The position numbers and the translations under genes were made by a program. A stretch of DNA of 64,000 nucleotides from Moniliella sp. 'wahieum' (lineage: Eukaryota), in assembly GCA_003971905.1 (NCBI GenBank), contig RSEE01000001.1, positions 558,001 to 622,000 on the forward strand, given 5' to 3'. The notes under the pieces are model-generated. The model was not told the DNA's origin and did no database searches. It saw only the letters and a program-made list of their open reading frames with translations. Below, piece by piece: positions 51,853 to 64,000 of this stretch; the stretch's first letter is position 1, and each line of letters starts with the position of its first letter.

Positions 51853-54800
51853 TTACTCGATCTCGTCAAACAGTTCTGGGTGGGTGATGCAGTATTCGAC
51901 GACCCGCGCCTTAGGCCCCATCTCGGTCAGTTCCTTCGAGGCGTCGGGGTCTGGAGAGCGCATCAGCGTCGGTCCGAATACCATTCCTAGGTTGCGCGCT
52001 GTCATGCGGTTCTGATCCGCTCGCGCTTGGACATGGAACAGGTGAAAGACGAGATAACGAAGGGTGGTGAAGTGGGCCAAAGGGAGCCGACGCAGCAACG
52101 AACGGAACCCTTCTGCCCTCTGCTCCTCTGCCCCTCCGCCCTCCGATCCCAGTCCCAACTCGGTGCCTTCCTCCGCCTCTCCTCGAGGCCCAGATCCAGG
52201 TGCCGAGCCGAACAGGCCGAGCCAGTTGTCGTGCAGGGCGTAGGTCATCAATGGCGTAGGAAGGCTGCGGAAGTAGTTCTTCAGCACGCTCGTCACTGCC
52301 CCAATGTCGTTAAAGCGTTCCGAATCGTCAAGATCAAACGGTTCTCCACGTTCAAAGAGCGTGGTGATCTCCTTTGCCGAGCTCGTTCCGCCGGATTTGC
52401 GGTAAATGCCCTCAAAGTCCATGCCTGCACAAAGCGAGTCAGTCAGCAGGCACATCGATTGAAGAGGAAAGCGACCCACCGTTCATCTCCACCGCTTCAA
52501 TGCACTTCTCCACCACCAATGGCACTTGCCGCATCTCCAGTGCACATTGCTCGACTAATTCTGAACCGAACATCGATCCACCCAACGGTTCCTTGCGCAG
52601 CTTGCGGGGTTCACGCTCGCAGGAATACGGCGGCAGCATTTCCTTACACCGCAGGTGTACCACCCCTCCACACCCCGTGCACCGCGCCTCGCTCGCACCC
52701 CACATGTTCTTCCCACATCCCATGCACCGCGTCGGACGCAACACATTGAATGGGACCAGGGTATGCTCCTGTCCAGATCCGCGACTGGAAAACGTGGTCG
52801 ATTCCGATAAGCCGAGCGACGGCACACCTGATTTAATCGACGGCGCACCCGACTGGACTGACGGGGTATGGGCATGGTGCACCGACGACAAAGTCGAGGC
52901 AGAAGGGCGCCTGGAAAACCCTACTCCGGTCCCTCCGTTCGAAGCAAGTGGGGCAGAGATCAGCGAGGTTCCTGTTGGCGCTGCCGAGGCGCGGGACTGC
53001 TTGGGCCACCAAAATTTCTTCCCAGGCCCAGGTGGGGGGTTGGCATTGCTGAGGGAAGGTGGGGGAGGTGCGAGACCTTCCAGGCCCGGTAAGCCGGTGG
53101 TAGGGTAGGAAGGAGATGGCACGCGGTCCCCTCCATCGGGAAGCAGGACGGCGGGGTGTTGCGGGGTGGGAGAACGACCAAATCCAAAGGCCGAAGGTAA
53201 GCTACCTGACGAAGTAGAATGTGCCAAGGCCGAACCATTGAGGCGTTGCAACAGGCCGGATCGGGAAGGGTGGATGCGCGTTGCGCCTGAGGAGGGTGTA
53301 GCAGGTTGGAGCTGGAAGTGAGTGAGACCCTGTGCGGGGCAGGAGGAGGCAGATAAACAGATGATTGGGTATGGTGGATCTGGGCCTCGTACTGGTCCAA
53401 AATACGCGAGTAGTCCTCGATCAGCCGTGCCTGTTGGGCCACTGCGTCCGAAAGCTCTTCATTCTTTTGTGTCAAGGACAAGGCCTCATTTTGCAGACTG
53501 TCCTTTAACGTGACTAATTGCTCCACATCCTGAGAAAGGAGGGCAGCTTGGTTTCGTAGCGACGAGACACTCTGCTCCAGCGCGACACGCTCGGCCACCA
53601 AGCCATCCACTGCGTCTCGATGGGAGGCTTTCACCTCGTCCAGCCGGGCCGCAAGACGAGCCATCAAGAGGGCACTGTGGTCTTCGCTCCCGTCCTCCCA
53701 CGCATTGGCCGCTGTGTCGACTTTAGCCTCTGGAGAAAGTCCCGACCGTTCCTCCCCGTCCTGCGGGCCCAAGGAGGGATCCCCCCTGTTTGGTTCCGGT
53801 GAAACGGGTAACGACCGGGCAGCGTCAAATCGTTCACCCCGTCATACTTGGCTTCGTCAATCACAGGCTCGGTAGAGCTACTGGTCGGTTGGACCAACGC
53901 CATGCCGATTGCTCCCACACCCGTGAGGGGAGGCTCGCTTCCCCCCCTCAACGGCACCGTGACTGCCACCGAGGTATCAACTGTCAAAGCAGGCACATTG
54001 TATGCAGAGGGCGCCACACCCCTTGTTCGCTTGCGTCGCGGTGGGGGGTGCATCTTTTTGGGCTCGACCGAAACTGGATCTTCCTGCTGGGACAACTGTT
54101 GGGGCCGGGTGCGGGAGTTCAGAGTCACGCTGGTCCGTAACGCAGCCTTGTTTGCCTTGACGAGCTCGGCAAGCTCGGTTTGTTCCAGTTCGCGCTGTGC
54201 TGTTAACCGCGCCAGGTCGGCCTCGATCACTCGCAACGACTGACGAGCTAGGTCATCCGAATCGTCGATGGGGGACGGGACGGAACTGTGGATCGAACCG
54301 CGGAGCGCAGCGAGACGCCCTTCCGCCAAGTGGCGTGCATTGACCTCGGCGGCAAACTCAGTACGGGCGAGGGAGAAGCCCTGCGCGGCCACACGGGAGG
54401 TGCGACGCATTTTACTATACTTGGATTGCAACTTGGTATGTTCCACGTGCTGCGACTTGCTCCGCTCCAGGTGAGCAACCACCTCAGCAGCCACCTGGGT
54501 CGGCAGGACGACCCCCTGGTCGGTAGCATCAGACGCGCCTTGCATCTCTGCCTGGATCACTAGCTGGCGGACTTGCTCTGCTAACAGGTCCAACGCAGAG
54601 GGCGAGGCGGGATTGGACGAAGGATGCGAGACGGGACGGGAGCTGGTCACAGAAGCAGAGACATCGCCCAGGGCTATGTTGGCCGCTATCTTGCTGCCAT
54701 GCGATCGTGCCTCAGGAGCAGGCTCCTGCAATCCGACCTCATCCGCCGGCCCGCCAATGCGTTTCATGAGCGTGACAAACGTCTTGTCATGGAACGAAGA

Positions 54801-56374
54801 ACCGTCCTTGTCGGGGGCATGGCATTCAGGCTCTCTGTTGCTCCCACGGAGGGACTGACGTTGAGCTGGGTAAAGTAGGACACATCCCTTGCTGATTCCT
54901 CAGACCAGCGGGACTTGTCATTGTCACTCATTGGCGTGCCTGGTTGTCCGGAGGCGCCCTTCAGCTTAGGAAGGGTGCGTTTAGCAAAGCGACGGATGGC
55001 TCCGATACCACAGGAAGGGATGTGCTCTCTTCTGCTGGAGGAGCTGAGGAGGCGGAGCGTATCTCATCAGCTGAATGAAGCTCTTTCGGTAGGATTTGTC
55101 TTGAAGAGTTACGGCGGGGTCGTTCCGGTGGCAGGCTCGCTGGTGCCGAAATGGGCGAGATGTGAGTTGATGTAGGTAGTTGTGCTGGTGTGGGGACGGA
55201 CACGTTGCAGGCTCGAGAGAAGAGAGGGGGGTGTCGCTTTTGGTATTGGGATCCGCCATTTGTCCCGATGACATGAATGGAGGTTGCATGCTTTTTTGTT
55301 CCTTCACCCCCACCGGGGAAGAGGCAAGGTCAGTTTGTCGTTCCTCTTTGGAAGGCTTCATCACATCGAGGAGGGGGCTAGCAGTCATCATTCTTGGTGA
55401 ATGAAATGGAACGGAGATTGGGGAGGTGGGTCGCCGAGAACGCAAAGTGGATTGGGCCATTGTGTTCATCAGCGCCATTGGTTCGGTTGAGGGCGGGGAA
55501 AAACTGGCCCGACCCAGGGGTGAGGAGCGCGCTGGAGAAGTAGCGGATGTGTCGGGCATCCCACCGGGTATGGGAGACAAGCGCGCCCTTTCTTCCTCGG
55601 CCACTGTCAGCGTTTCAGTCATTCCCGTCACTGGGGGGGGTTGGCTGATGGCACTGGGGAAAGAGAGCGTGTTGGGGTAACAGGGGCGGCGGACGTGATG
55701 GAAGAGGATATGGAGGGAGCGGGCACGATGGTTGGAGCAGGAGATGAATCGGGAGCAAGCAGCTCTGACGATCCATGGGAGACGGCAGCGGGGGGCAAGG
55801 TGGGCGTCGTTGCAGATGTGGATGTGGATGTGGATGCTGATGCGGATGCAGGCGCACTGGCCGAGGCAGAGGCCGAGGAGGATGAGGCGGCCGCTTTGCG
55901 TTGGCGGCGACGATGGCTGCGTTGGCGACGGGAGGTGTGGCAGGGCATGCAATAGATGCCCTGGGACGTCGAGACAAACACTAGGTCGGCAATCTGTTTG
56001 TGGCAGGCGCGGCAGGAAAAGCAGGTGGCGTGGTAGGCATCCTCACCGGCCACGACGGCCTCCTCGAGAATGGGCAGCCGGCAGCGGGTGCAGGTGTAGG
56101 TGCAGCCGGTGCAGAGCGGTCGACCGTCGGAGGAGCGGAGCTCGAGGGCGGCGTCGGTCTCGGCGTTGGTTTCGATGACAGTGCCGCAGCGGCCGCAGAC
56201 AAAGCACGAGCGATGCCAGTAGGCGCCGCTAAAGTGGATGAAGCCGTCGTCCGCAACATGGGGCTCGATGGGCTGGTGGCAGCCGCCGCAGATGAGGGGC
56301 TCGTCGGAGTCGGCCAGCGCCATGCCGTCTGCGAGGGCGGGGGTGGCGGGGATGGGCATGGCGGCAGCAGCCAT
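51853..56374 (-). CDS. Rho GTPase-activating protein with N-terminal LIM domains, coiled coil, C1 and RhoGAP domains (Rga1/Rga2-like)
   Basis: LIM CGGCHQPI..WHRSCFVCGRC, CTRCRLPI..YHATCFSCRAC..CMPCH; C1 HTL..CMGCGKNMW..CTGCGGVVHLRC; GAP GMDFEGIYRKSGG, SVLKNYFRSLP, NRMTARNLGMVFGPTL. Confidence 0.93.
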
Positions 56375-56825
56375 GGGCAGGGCGGACGGGATGGGCTGGA
56401 TGAGCTGGATGCGCTGGACGGAAGGCGAGGGCCAGCGCCGCATAGCGCATAGGACGCGTCACACGTGACCGTCATCCGTCCAGCACCTCATCGATCGTGG
56501 GTCGTCTAGTCATGCAAATGGGTGATATCACGCCTCCCGCCCGCACGCGCACGGGTGAGGTCACCGACCACTCCTCAGTACCTCAGTAACTCAGTACTCA
56601 GTCCCTCTGTCGATCCAGCGCCGACACGACCAGTGGCACCGTGCCTGACAGGTGCGAGATTGGGCATGGTGCATGATGCATAGCGCGTGACATGGACATG
56701 TGACATGAATGCGTCATCGCGCCATCACCACATCACACTAGCTTGAAGCTTGATTAAATTAATGATTGGTGAAATTTCCCGCGGCGCCGCGCCAGGGCCC
56801 ACGGCACGGCACGACCCCTCAAGCT

Positions 56826-59560
56826 CTCTTGGGGAAATTCGCTCACCGCATGATGGGTGACGCAAATAAGCTTTGTGATGTGATCGGGACCAGGGTCCAA
56901 GATGTTAATGACTCACCCATGCGTCATCAATCACCGGTCACCGCATCATCGATCATCGATCACTTCATCACCGATGGTTGGATCATCGACCAGTGGATCA
57001 CCGATTGCTAGCATCACTATCAAATCACAGCTAAATCACAGGATCCAAAAAAGATTAGGGGTTCAATTAATGCATTTCTGAATCGAGCAGGCGCGCGCGT
57101 TTGCGCCAGAACACCGCGGGGTAAATCCAGCGCAACTTGACGCGCTCGACGACGACGGGAAGGGCGAGGGGCAAGGAGCGCCGCAAGAGTTAGTGGTTGC
57201 CCCCAGTCAAACGAAAAACGAGTGAGCGAAACTTGGGCACGCCATGAGGTGGAAACGTCGAAAGACTTCTGGGGAACAATCGATGAAAGAGAGTTAGTAC
57301 ACGATGGACAACAGCAACAGGATGCCAAGAACGTACCAGTGTGCATGGCCTTTGGAGCTGCAAGTGCACAGAGAGGGAAGACAAGTTAGCTGAAGAACAG
57401 GGGTGCGTGGAATGGGGATGGTACCGGCCATAATGTTAAGGATGGTCGCCAAGATGTTGGCCATGCTGTTGAAGACGTTGGATGCGTCGGCGATGCTTGT
57501 GGGAGGTTGTTGGTAACACGCGTGGCTCAGGTGAGGACGTGGTAGAAGCTCTTGATTCCAAGTTGGAGTGTCAATTTGGATCCGAGACGACGCTGGCGAT
57601 GGGCTTGGAGAGGCTCGCGGCGACATTGAGGATGATCTTGACTTGCGACGGTCTCCCAACCTGGCAAAGGGCAGGTAGACAGGGTGAGGGTGTTAGTACT
57701 CAGTCCTGGGCTCGAGGGGATGTGCGAGACCACAGGTGGGGGATAGGGGAGGGCACGTATCCAGAGGAAGGTTGGTTGCTTGCTGGGAAGGATGGTGGTG
57801 GGAGGGGGAAGGAAGCGAACCTGGGGGGGCGGGCTTTTTATACCCACGTTTCCCAGGCGCATTCAGGCATATATATATTCAGGCTGCCGATCCCTGCGGC
57901 GGAACGCTAGCTAAGGCCAGCAGCACGACACTGTCACATTCCTCTGGCACTGAGGCAGTGTTACTTTCCGCCATGCTCGAGCGGAGTGCCCAGGGCAGTG
58001 CCCTCTCGCGTCGCGTTCTGAAAAGCTACAGAGTGCTCTCGATGGTATCCGCACTCGCTGCTCCAAAGACGAAGTGGCATACCTTTGAAGCGGCAACGCC
58101 TCCTTTGGCCCCAGTCTGGGGGCCTCATACTCTTCACAACTGATCAGCAACCACCCACAGCTTATGAAAAGAAGATGATATCAGACCCATAGCAACTCCG
58201 GTATAGAAGTACTGCTCTTTGCAGCAGCGTGTATGTTGCGCATTCCACTTGTTGGCACTAGATTACAGGAAGAGCTATCGGCTATAGTTTTGCGCGGAAT
58301 CAGTAACGTCGATGGTATTGAACAGGGAGCCTGCTAGGGTGGTGTTGCATAGCCTCGATGAGCCAGAGAATTGGTTTGATGGAGCCGAACATCATAAGTC
58401 TTGCCCGTATGAACATAGTTGCTGTTGAAAGGAAACACCATAGTGAAAGATAATATGGGATGGTTGGTATATATTTACAAGGGATACCGTAGTATTACTA
58501 AGACTCTTCCTCCCTTTTCTGCTCTTCACTAAGAGCCATTATGGTGTGAAGGCCTCGTATTCTTCCCATAATTAATGGAAAGTATGAATCAAACCTCATA
58601 TGGGGCAAGCGCCTGCTTCCCAAGATAACATTGACGCCCATGTCGACCAATGCCCCTCCGCAATATATATGTGGTTGTGTGGAAAGCCTGAGCCCGCCAC
58701 CCCCTGCACAACAGTCTGTTTGTGCAGTGTATGAAAGCTATCCATATGTTGCGAAGCACTGTGTGCATGTACATGTTCCCAAACATGATCCACTGAGTCT
58801 CGAAAAATGCAGAAGATGCAAGCTATTCAGACTTCTTCTATTGGCCGTCTGCTTCCAACTGAACCCAAAAGACCGAATGTTGATTGTCTCGTTCCCCGTA
58901 GTGATGATGAGCCTCGGGCACCTGGTTTAAAGATGCATCTGCCGTTGGCAACACTCGCTATAGCTACTCACTCTGCACTTGCAATGACATGCATGACACG
59001 CCAGTCTCTGTACAACGTCTGTATATCATACACAGTTAAGTCCCACTCGGCGTAGGCACGCTGTCTGCATCCAGGGCCATCGACTTTGGTGTAGCACATG
59101 CCGGTATCGACTTGGGTGTATCTGCTCCACTTGTGCATATCTGCATGGGCACATCGCATGGACCTTGGCGCATTGCACGACTTGTGTTTTTTGTGCGTAC
59201 TGCATAGGCTTGCGCATATTGCACGGCCTTGTGCATATCGCATCGACTTAGCGTACAGAGCCGCGCCCACGATGCGCAGCAGCAGCACCGGGCGCATCAC
59301 CCAAATGCTCACCGCATTCGCCAGGCCGCAGTTGCGCATCACCCAATGCTCACCGCATGCAGCTGCCCATCGTGTGTCTCAGATGCCCACGCGCGTACAT
59401 ATTCGCAACGCCCTGCCCAGCTTGAACACCCCCTCCCAGTGGGCCACTGTCCAGCCCTATCCCATTCAATTTGGCCGGCGTGGTTGGTGGACCCTGGATT
59501 TGTGACACTGTCCCCGTGCCTACGCGTCACCCGTCAAGCGTGAGCGAATTTCCCCAAGAG
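56826..59560. mobile_element. Putative decayed or non-autonomous TIR DNA transposon (~2.7 kb)
   Basis: Inverted repeats 56826-56863 and 59524-59560 (21-bp perfect outer core CTCTTGGGGAAATTCGCTCAC); CCTCAAG on both flanks; no intact ORF inside. Confidence 0.6.
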
Positions 59561-60503
59561 CCTCAAGGGCCTCAAGCTTCAAGTTGAAGCTTCAAGCTTT
59601 AAGCTCCTCAAGCTCTCATCGATCTCAGATCTCTCCGAGAAGAGAGGCTGGAGCTGTAAGCGCTAAGCCTTAGCGCTAAGCCTTCTAAGCTAAGCTAAGG
59701 CTTAGCACTAACCTTCCCCCCTGCGCCGCACCCAGGGGGCAGTTCGCCCCTTGCTGCTCCACATTGTGCATTGCATAGTGCAGCTCAGTGCCTCAGTGCC
59801 TCAGCCAGCAGCTGTCCAGGCACACCGCAATTCTCACCCGATCACATGCAACACAGCTCACTCGCTCACTGCCATGCCCAGCATGCATGATAGCTGGGCC
59901 TGAGGCTCTCAAGCTCTTGAACTTCCAGTTGAAGTTGAACGTTGAATCTTTACTTCAAGCTTCAAGCCCTCCGAGGCTGACTTGAGGCACGCATGACACG
60001 CAGCATCACGTGCCCATGTCACTGTGTCACCATGCCACCCCTTCCATCGACCATCCTTCCAGCTTCACGCGCTTCACATGTCACATTGGTCCATTCTTTT
60101 CTTTCTGGGAACAGGAAATTAATTAAGGCAGTGCCCTTTTTTACCCCTTGGGTTTGACGACGCGAGGATACTATGCCACCAAGACAGCGGGCAAGATGCT
60201 TGGGAACTGGAAGGAATTGACTTCCGTCCAATGGAAATGGTTCAGTACGTTCAACGTTCACCCACCGGTCACCGCTCGGAAGTCTACTACGTTCATCTGT
60301 GTCCACACGCGCTTCTTCGCGTATGGGAACGGATGGCGGGCACCAGAGGGTCCTGATCTCCTGGCGATTCCCCTGGTTCCTTAAGCGGGATTGGGGCTAT
60401 CAAGCAGTACACGCAGGACGAACGGATCGGTTTAGGGCGCAGCGTTTCTTTGTTCCAGCCTTAAGTTCTGTCCATGATATGGCTACAGTATATTACGATG
60501 ACC

Positions 60504-63059
60504 TGTTGGCCTAGGGAGCCGGACGGGCAGAAGGATGAGGAGAAGGTGATGGATTGGAGCCAGAGTTGGGTCTGGGTACAGAGGGCATCTATATAGGAGG
60601 CTGGACTAGGCACAGGGACAGTGAGTCACACAGAGAGAGTGCAGGGCACAGGGACAGTGACACGCAGGGACGTCAGCGTGGAAGCCGATGGAACCGAGGC
60701 GAACCTGGTCTACCGACTGGGAGCCAGAGGATCACAGTCAACACCCCCGCTGGCCAGGGAACCCGGAGACATCGGTTGTGGGATGAGCTCCTGCCAGTGG
60801 ATGTAGAGAGGGGAGGACTTGAGTGGCAACCGGGACGAATGGCCTGGAGTTGTGCATGGCCACACGACTGGCCTACACCCCCGCTGTCCAGGATGACACC
60901 TGAACGAGCCGAGCGCTTGTGGTTGGTGTATTGTGCGACCGCCAGATGCTTGTAGAAGTCTTAGAAGTAAAAGTAGTAGGGGTTGCGCCCCGAAGCGATT
61001 TGGTGGGCAAAAGTAAAAAGCACCAGTTATAGGTGTAGTGAAAAAAATTGGAAACTTGGAGTAAATGCGGTCCAAGGTCGTTTGGCATCAAAATTGGATG
61101 CGTTTGGTAGTTGTTTGGTTCCGCATGCCTGGTGCCAGTGGGGTCCATTGGGCATGGGAAATGAACGGGCGCTATGCGTCAACCGTCTTGATCTGTTTGG
61201 GTTCTCTTTGTTGTTGAAAAAGAGGAGTGGAAGAAGTTGGGTGACCACCCCCCCCATCCTTTCCCCAGGTGCCCCGGATGAATTGGCAATCCGGGCGTGT
61301 AGCCGTGGGTGGGGCACTTGATGAGCAGCCACCCCCGCTTTCTGCGATTCGCCTGCGCCGTTTTGTCGTTGGAGGAATTTCGTCTCGTTGACGATACCCG
61401 ACACGTTTTGTTCCGTCGTGTGTTGTCCCTAAAAATCATTGCCCCATCTGTGGGGGACGAGTGTGCCGATTGTGGCGGTAGTATGCCGATTGTGGCGGTA
61501 GTATGCCGATTGTGGCGGTAAGGTGCCGATTGTGGCGGTGGTGTTGTTGGGCGGGAGGACGGGTGTGTCTTGTGGGCTTGGCGGCTTAGCTTGGGCTTGT
61601 AGGCTTGGGGGTGGGCTTGCTTGAAGAGCGCTCCCCTTCCGGGGGGATCAGATTGTAGCTCTGTTGGCCTAGGGAGCCGGACGGGCAGAAGGATGAGGAG
61701 AAGGTGATGGATTGGAGCCAGAGTTGGGTCTGGGTACAGAGGCATCTATATAGGAGGCTGGACTAGGCACAGGGACAGTGAGTCACACAGGAGAGAGTGC
61801 AGGGCACAGGGACAGTGACACGCAGGGACGTCAGCGTGGAAGCCGATGGAACCGAGGCGAACCTGGTCTACCGACTGGGAGCCAGAGGATCACAGTCAAC
61901 ACCCCCGCTGGCCAGGGAACCCGGAGACATCGGTTGTGGGATGAGCTCCTGCCAGTGGATGTAGAGAGGGGAGGACTTGAGTGGCAACCGGGACGAATGG
62001 CCTGGAGTTGTGCATGGCCACACGACTGGCCTACACCCCCGCTGTCCAGGATGACACCTGAACGAGCCGAGCGCTTGTGGTTGGTGTATTGTGCGACCGC
62101 CAGATGCTTGTAGAAGTCTTAGAAGTAAAAGTAGTAGGGGTTGCGCCCCGAAGCGATTTGGTGGGCAAAAGTAAAAAGCACCAGTTATAGGTGTAGTGAA
62201 AGAAAATTGGAAACTTGGAGTAAATGCGGTCCAAGGTCGTTTGGCATCAAAATTGGATGCGTTTGGTAGTTGTTTGGTTCCGCATGCCTGGTGCCAGTGG
62301 GGTCCATTGGGCATGGGAAATGAACGGGCGCTATGCGTCAACCGTCTTGATCTGTTTGGGTTCTCTTTGTTGTTGAAAAAGAGGAGTGGAAGAAGTTGGG
62401 TGACCACCCCCCCCCATCCTTTCCCCAGGTGCCCCGGATGAATTGGCAATCCGGGGCGTGTAGCCGTGGGTGGGGCACTTGATGAGCAGCCACCCCCGCT
62501 TTCTGCGATTCGCCTGCGCCGTTTTGTCGTTGGAGGAATTTCGTCTCGTTGACGATACCCGACACGTTTTGTTCCGTCGTGTGTTGTCCCTAAAAATCAT
62601 TGCCCATCTGTGGGGGACGAGTGTGCCGATTGTGGCGGTAGTATGCCGATTGTGGCGGTAGTATGCCGATTGTGGCGGTAAGGTGCCGATTGTGGCGGTG
62701 GTGTTGTTGGGCGGGGGACGGGTGTGTCTTGTGGGCTTGGCGGCTTAGCTTGGGCTTGTAGGCTTGGGGGTGGGCTTGCTTGAAGAGCGCTCCCCTTCCG
62801 GGGGGATCAGATTGTAGCTCTGTTGGCCTAGGGAGCCGGACGGGCAGAAGGATGAGGAGAAGGTGATGGATTGGAGCCAGAGTTGGGTCTGGGTACAAGG
62901 CATCTATATAGGAGGCTGGACTAGGCACAGGGACAGTGAGTCACACAGGAGAGAGTGCAGGGCACAGGGACAGTGACACGCAGGGACGTCAGCGTGGAAG
63001 CCGATGGAACCGAGGCGAACCTGGTCTACCGACTGGGAGCCAGAGGATCACAGTCAACA
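60504..63059 (-). mobile_element. Non-autonomous LTR element (TRIM-like) in tandem LTR-int-LTR-int-LTR form, TSD TGACC (60499-60503, 63060-63064)
   Basis: Three ~240-bp repeats (60504-60743, 61662-61901, 62821-63059) with TGTTG..CAACA ends; two ~918-bp internal units; PBS and PPT on the minus strand; no recognisable gag or pol. Confidence 0.9.
61461..61540. repeat. Four 20-bp repeats (GTATGCCGATTGTGGCGGTA) in TRIM internal unit 1; also at 62621-62700
   Basis: Read directly from the sequence. Confidence 0.92.
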
Positions 63060-64000
63060 TGACCCGCTGGCAAAATAACGCCTCTTTGGCTCAATGGTAA
63101 GGCGTCGCACTCGTAATGCGAAGATTAGTCGTTCGATTCGGCTAGGAGGCATTTTTTTGTGCTGTTGGCCATTGCTACCGTGGAACGGAGCACTCTTCGA
63201 CGTGCGAGAGAGCAGTGGCCGGTGACAGTTGCTTTGGCCGCGAGCGGGCAAGACCTAACGTACAGGTAGAGCGAATGGGGGAGCGGGGGTAGGAAGACAG
63301 GATGCGCAAGAGAAACAGCGTGTACAGCGTTGACTGTTTGCGTACACAGGCCTTCCGCTTCTGGGCTGCGGCAGCAGCCTACAGGCAAAAACTATCTGTC
63401 CCACCTTGTGCGTCCCCCGAAAGCTGGCCTAGACAAGCTATAATATAGCGAGGACGATAAACGATGCAGGACTTCTGGTACTGAGTCTCAGTATCCTCAG
63501 GCCTGAGGAGGTATCACACGATATATCACGAGGCCGAGGGCAGGTGATGAGGCGGTGAGGCCACGCTCGGCAGGCGGAGGAAGATGCTCAGCGGCTCAGC
63601 TGCCAGCACCTCTGTTTCAAGCATGGGACCCTGCCAGGCACCAGCCCTGCGGCCAAATGGATCGGCATGTGCCGGCACAGGGCAGTGCTCCTGCGCCAGG
63701 CCAGTACTGATGCATGATGCATGATGAGGCTCCTAGCAAGCTAGCAGGGGGCCGGTGTACGTCACTTGTGGCGTGGACCCCCGTGCGTCGCTGCGCACAC
63801 TGCTCCTGTGCTACCACAGCCCTTGGTGCGACCCGCTGCCTTCGCATTCGCACACCCTGGCTCAGCGCTCGCTCAGCCGGAGCGTACAACTCAACCGACC
63901 ACCTGAAATCGCAGCCCGTCCGCAGTCGCCACTGCCATCACCACCACTACATACACACCATCACCATCCTCTCAATTCCCCCCGAACAACTACCACCTCC

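Noticed and set aside
1..56374. Frameshifts in nearly every gene, read as pseudogenisation or programmed frameshifting
   Set aside because: They affect essential genes (RPS9, RPL36, TOA1), are mostly 1-nt losses in short runs, and similar indels separate otherwise identical LTR copies; this is typical of unpolished long-read error.
61461..61540. CRISPR-like array
   Set aside because: Contiguous 20-mers without unique spacers, in a eukaryotic retroelement, with no cas genes.
60554..62928. Repeated ORFs inside the tandem element
   Set aside because: They cross LTR boundaries, differ in frame between copies and show no gag or pol motifs.
60504..63059. Retrozyme (hammerhead-containing tandem LTR element)
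   Set aside because: No complete CUGANGA..GAAA..UH core was found by eye on either strand; an Infernal/Rfam scan would settle it.

Overview
Gene-dense eukaryotic DNA from a basidiomycete fungus (probably Ustilaginomycotina; inferred from protein sequences and from short GT..AG introns with CTRAC branch points). The assembly has many 1-nt indels, since even ribosomal-protein genes are frameshifted, so CDS boundaries are approximate. Housekeeping genes: glyoxalase II, glutathione synthetase, RPL39, TFIIA, PWWP protein, mS41, OTU deubiquitinase, RPL21/RPS9, MED6, HMG-box factor, NAD(P)-binding protein, clathrin light chain, GNAT, SGF11, RPL36, SPX-EXS, Pcl cyclin, FET4 and a LIM-C1-RhoGAP. Mobile DNA: (1) a young full-length Ty1/Copia element (14720-20295, TSD CGACG) inserted into a decayed eIF2-beta pseudogene, with an in-frame UAG plus stem-loop between gag and protease; (2) a non-coding three-LTR tandem TRIM-like element (60504-63059, TSD TGACC); (3) a ~2.7-kb TIR-bounded relic (56826-59560). 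The two LTR elements have unrelated LTRs but share an unusual PBS, GAG(T/C)TACAATC, which fits a tRNA-Tyr(GUA) anticodon-arm half-primer, and a similar PPT region. This suggests an autonomous/non-autonomous retroelement system. The three ribosomal-protein promoter regions share a TGCGGCARAT + TAGGGTT motif module.
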